In this document: one piece after another, positions 60,201-64,000 of the stretch
Position numbering within the stretch: the stretch's first letter is position 1
Layout: every line of letters starts with the position of its first letter
Source: Catajapyx aquilonaris
Taxonomy: Eukaryota
Length of the DNA: 64,000 bases
Direction: 5' to 3'
Assembly (NCBI GenBank): GCA_000934665.2
Contig: KZ538406.1
Location: forward strand, 1 to 64,000
Notes under the pieces: model-generated
The model's database searches: none
What the model was told of the DNA's origin: nothing
What the model saw: the letters and a program-made list of their open reading frames with translations, nothing else
Made by a program: the position numbers and the translations under genes

Positions 60201-63200
60201 AGGTCCCGGTCATGAGCTGCAGCTGCTTGGCCGAGGAGATCTTCTCTTGGGTCGGGGTGATGAGGAATCCCGTGGCCAGGAGGGACAGGCCGATGGTCAT
60301 GAAGATGGAGAACATGACGCTGATGTTGAGGAGTTTGCTGGCCCCCGAGGAGATCGGGAGGAACCCTTGATGACCCACCACCATCGGGAGGGGATAGTTC
60401 GCCGTGGTGATGCTGTATTCTGAGTCCTTTCCTCCGGTGTAATGTCTCAGCATCGCGTTGTGGACCAGGTTCAGCGAGAGAGGCGCCCCGTGGAAGGCGA
60501 AGGCGGAGAACATGGCTACCACCTCATGGCCGCTCTTGAAGTCGGCCGCGACCACGAAGGCCGCCTTGTAGGCCATCTGGTCCTTTCTGGCCTGGTCCAG
60601 CAGCGATTGGGTTAGGTTCTGGTTCGTGTCCACCTGAAAGGAACGGTTGTCAACTCCCCAACTATCAACTTAATTTTTGCCCAAGACCTATTCAACTCAG
60701 TACCTGAGTGAATATGGAGTCACCCGGGATGAAACTCTGGTAGACCTGGACTATCCCCGTCCCGTTGGGCCATCCTTGAGGATCCAGGTGGACCATCGTG
60801 CTGGTGTCGCTGTAGTCCTCCAGACTGAATACTCGGTATGGCGGGGGCTCTGGCTGGGTGTACATTTCCACCGAGTGGTTACTCAGCACGATGCAGGACA
60901 CGGTCAGGAGCACCATGATGAAGGCCTGACCGATGTACATGGGCCAACGACGGAACATGTTCAGGAAGCTCTTTATCATCAGGGCTCTCAGACGCTGGAA
61001 GCCCAATAAGACCCCGCGGAGCTTCTCGCTCTGGGCCACACCTTGCAGGACACAAAGAAGGACTATAGTTATGACTGACAGGTTGCTTCCGGACAATGCA
61101 GTTCATGTGGTACTGCTTGCTGGGACAAACCTTCCCTGGATATCTTTTCATCTATACAGCAATTATTCAATCTTCAACTGTGGACTTTGGACAGTGGCTT
61201 TACTTACTTTTTCTTTTTCGGAGTGAGACAACATTTCCCTCCTCTAGCGTCTGCGGCTCCTCCGTATCCTCTTCAACTACTCTGCACAAAATGAGAAAAT
61301 TTATGACAGAGGGTTACAGTGCTGTCACTATATACACGATTGTCTGGCTGATACAATGGAACCAAGTGCACCTGTTTCCTTCCGCTGACATTTTCATTTA
61401 CAAAAAAAAGAGTACGGACTTATGGCCTTAATAACTTACTTCATGAAGACGTCATCCATGGTGGTGAGCGACACCCCGAAGCTGGCTATGCCCAACTTGC
61501 TTCGCTCCCGGTCCATGACCTCGAAGAGCTGGAGGAACCTGGAGCTCTGGTTCACGGGCAGGCGGTAGCCCAATTCTTTGTTGGAACTGGAGGGCTCTCT
61601 CTTTACGCCAGGGAACTGGGACTGAACCAGTCTAGTCACCTGATCCTCATCGCCAGAGCTGGACATGGTCAGCTTCAAGTGGTAGCCCATCTCTGCAGGA
61701 GTGACCACGAAGGTGTTGCAAAACTACGATATAGGCCCAAACTACATGACAGAGAATCACTTTATGTAAAGATGTCGTTCGGCCTGTGCCACCTTGTTAT
61801 CGAGATTGGCTTCAAACGAAAGATATGAAGTATCCTGGAAGATACACGTCACGTCTCGCTACCTTGCAGTTATTTTTTTAATTTTAATTTTTCTTTACAT
61901 TATAATAACAAGGCTGCGGACGGTCACCTAAACGGCACTCCTATACAATTCTCCTGGGTCAAGGGGTCATCTTATAGGCATTTGTATGCATCATTACGAA
62001 ACATTCTGTATCATACGTTGCTGTATTTCAGAACACGTATATATACGTGTTCTGAAATACAGCAACGGCATTTCATTTGATTACCATAAGCCTTTTTGAG
62101 GAAGTGCGGACTTCCGCAGCACTTGATGCTTCCGTGAACCATGATTGCAATGCGGTCGCCAAGAATGTCGGCTTCCTCCATTATTTGGGTGGTGATCAGG
62201 GTCGTGTACTGCCCTCGGAGTTCCTGCGTAAGGAAGAGCTCCCAAAGAGTTGAGCAATCAGCAAAAAAGAAGATGAATGCACCTTACCAAAAGGAGGTCC
62301 CACACTGCTCGACGCGCTTCAGGATCCATTCCAGACGTGGGCTCATCAAGGATAAGCACCTGGAACATTAACACACATTACCAGATTGTTCTCTACGAGT
62401 GTGTACAGAGACTTATCCTGGAAGTCAGTCTTCCGCGCATTGCAAGAGAGGTGCATGGGTTGCCCTCGAGGGATATGATAAAATGGAGGAAATACTATTT
62501 TTTTTCGGAGAGTTATGACTCAAGATTGACATTATGTGCAGCATACCCGTAGCAACATTAAAAGTCATCACCTGTGGCTCTCCTAAGAGAGAGATCCCTA
62601 GACACAGCTTCCTCTTTTGTCCCCCGGAGAGGGTTGAAGCCACCGCGTTCAACTTTTCCCGAAAGTTCAGTTTCTCGGCCAGATCCTCCGCTTGCCTGCT
62701 GGCGTCAGCCTTTTTCATGTCCTTCAGCTGCATACCCCGCAAGATCACAATTTATTACTAAGCACACCAATCTCAGACCATCTGCATGCTCAATTTAATG
62801 CTCATCCCATACCATCCCGAAGAAGACAAAGTGCTCCTTGACCGTGAGTCCCTCTATCAGCATGTTGTGCTGCGGGCAGAACCCGACCAGCCTCTGTGCC
62901 TTGGCGAGGTGCCTCTTGATGTTGACCCCTCCCACGTGGGCCCGACCTTTGTCCGGGGAGTAGAGGCCAACCAGCATGTTGAGGAGGGTGCTCTTCCCAG
63001 CCCCAGTGTCTCCCAACAGCACCGTGATCTGCCCCTGGAAAGCGGTCAGGGTGGCGTCGGACACCGCCATCACCGTCCGTCCCCCGAACAAGGAGAATGT
63101 CTTCTGCATGCCCGACACCACTATTCCGGCAGGAAGACCCTCCGGTTCCGCCTCGAAGCTCGGAGTTGCAGATGGCAAAAGCTCTTCCTCCGGACCCGGA

Positions 63201-64000
63201 TCTGGGATGGTCTTTCTTATCCGTTTGCGGCAATCGCATGGCTAATAAGGAGGGGATTTAAAAACTGTAACATACTATAGTAGTACGCCGACGAAATTTC
63301 CACGCTTTGACATTTCGCAGAAGGTCGACGGCTCACTTGATTTGAAGGAGCCAAAGCAACTATGGCTATCTGGCTATGACACAAGACACAAGGGTGGGAC
63401 AGATGGAGAGAAAAACGAATAAGAGCAGCTCTTGATAAGAGACAATAAAGAAGAGTCTCCCAAAGATCTGTCCAACTTGGGTGGCCATATACTAGTATAG
63501 ACGAAGCTATACCGCCGGCATAGCTCTTCGGGGTCATGGATCTTACCCGAAAGATGAAGTACCACGGCTTGGTCACGCCATATCCGCCGGGCATCACGTT
63601 GGAGACGTACACGGCAAGGGCGAGGTATATGACAGTGTCCACCGTCAGCATGATGTACACGTCCGCCACGGTAAAGTTGTCGTCCATTTCTCCTAGGGGC
63701 GTCAATAGCTTTCCAGGAGTGGTGAGCTTCCCAAACGTTAGTCTCTGCCCTGGGCGACAATGAAAAAAGAAACAAAAAACACACGCAGTCATACTCATGA
63801 AGGTGCATAGGCTTATCAAATACGAGGATCCTCAGACTACTTTCGCTTCCTACAGTTTTCCTCGTATATGGCGAATACCACTAGCCCTTCCGTCAGCGCT
63901 GCGTGCGGACTAAGGCAAGTCAGCATTTTGACAAGGTACGAGAGGGTCGGGTATTTGGGCAGAAGGGTCAGCGCTGGAGCCAGGTAGCTGATGATCCAGA
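57254..64000 (-). CDS. ABC transporter subfamily A (ABCA3-like full transporter), 5' part outside the window
   Basis: Exons (-): 64000-63854, 63749-63547, 63241-62813, 62727-62572, 62359-62288, 62223-62085, 61692-61440, 61281-61208, 61041-60704, 60633-60072, 59963-59838, 59553-59296, 59022-58421, 58354-58207, 58133-57923, 57842-57608, 57514-57254. NBD1: [34 protein letters not shown]2: [40 protein letters not shown] hallmarks [26 protein letters not shown]. Confidence 0.95.
62016..62067. repeat. Perfect 52-bp palindrome in an ABCA intron
   Basis: cgttgctgtatttcagaacacgtata|tatacgtgttctgaaatacagcaacg, no spacer and no mismatch. Confidence 0.95.

Overview
Eukaryotic, intron-rich invertebrate DNA, probably arthropod (inferred from CXXS-type GILTs, compact introns and patchy CpG depletion). 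There are no prokaryotic systems, CRISPR arrays or recognisable rRNA/tRNA genes. Gene order: (1) 3' end of a gene with a Ser-rich/basic tail (750-1059, +, possibly ZCCHC10-like); (2) a kinesin-4 KIF21/Klp31E-type gene (11755-30436 or 32139, +), first coding exon not found; (3) three GILT/IFI30-like thiol reductase paralogues (one on -, two on +); (4) a GH30 glucosylceramidase (50730-54491, +); (5) a small three-exon gene on - (55128-55620) encoding a 111-aa secreted prepropeptide with three KR sites and a 44-aa amphipathic mature peptide that I cannot assign to a family; (6) the 3' part of an ABCA transporter (-, truncated by the window end). Introns and spacers carry many MITEs (mariner, hAT, piggyBac, Harbinger-like) and hairpins. 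Best leads: the orphan prepropeptide; hidden KIF21 alternative exons (a transmembrane-helix exon, a Ser-rich cassette, two terminal exons that each complete the last WD40 repeat); three substitutions in one composite ATP site of the ABCA; an altered sugar-binding loop in the GBA; and a kB-like site cluster upstream of one GILT. All exon models were built by hand from GT-AG signals, phase and protein similarity and need RNA-seq confirmation.
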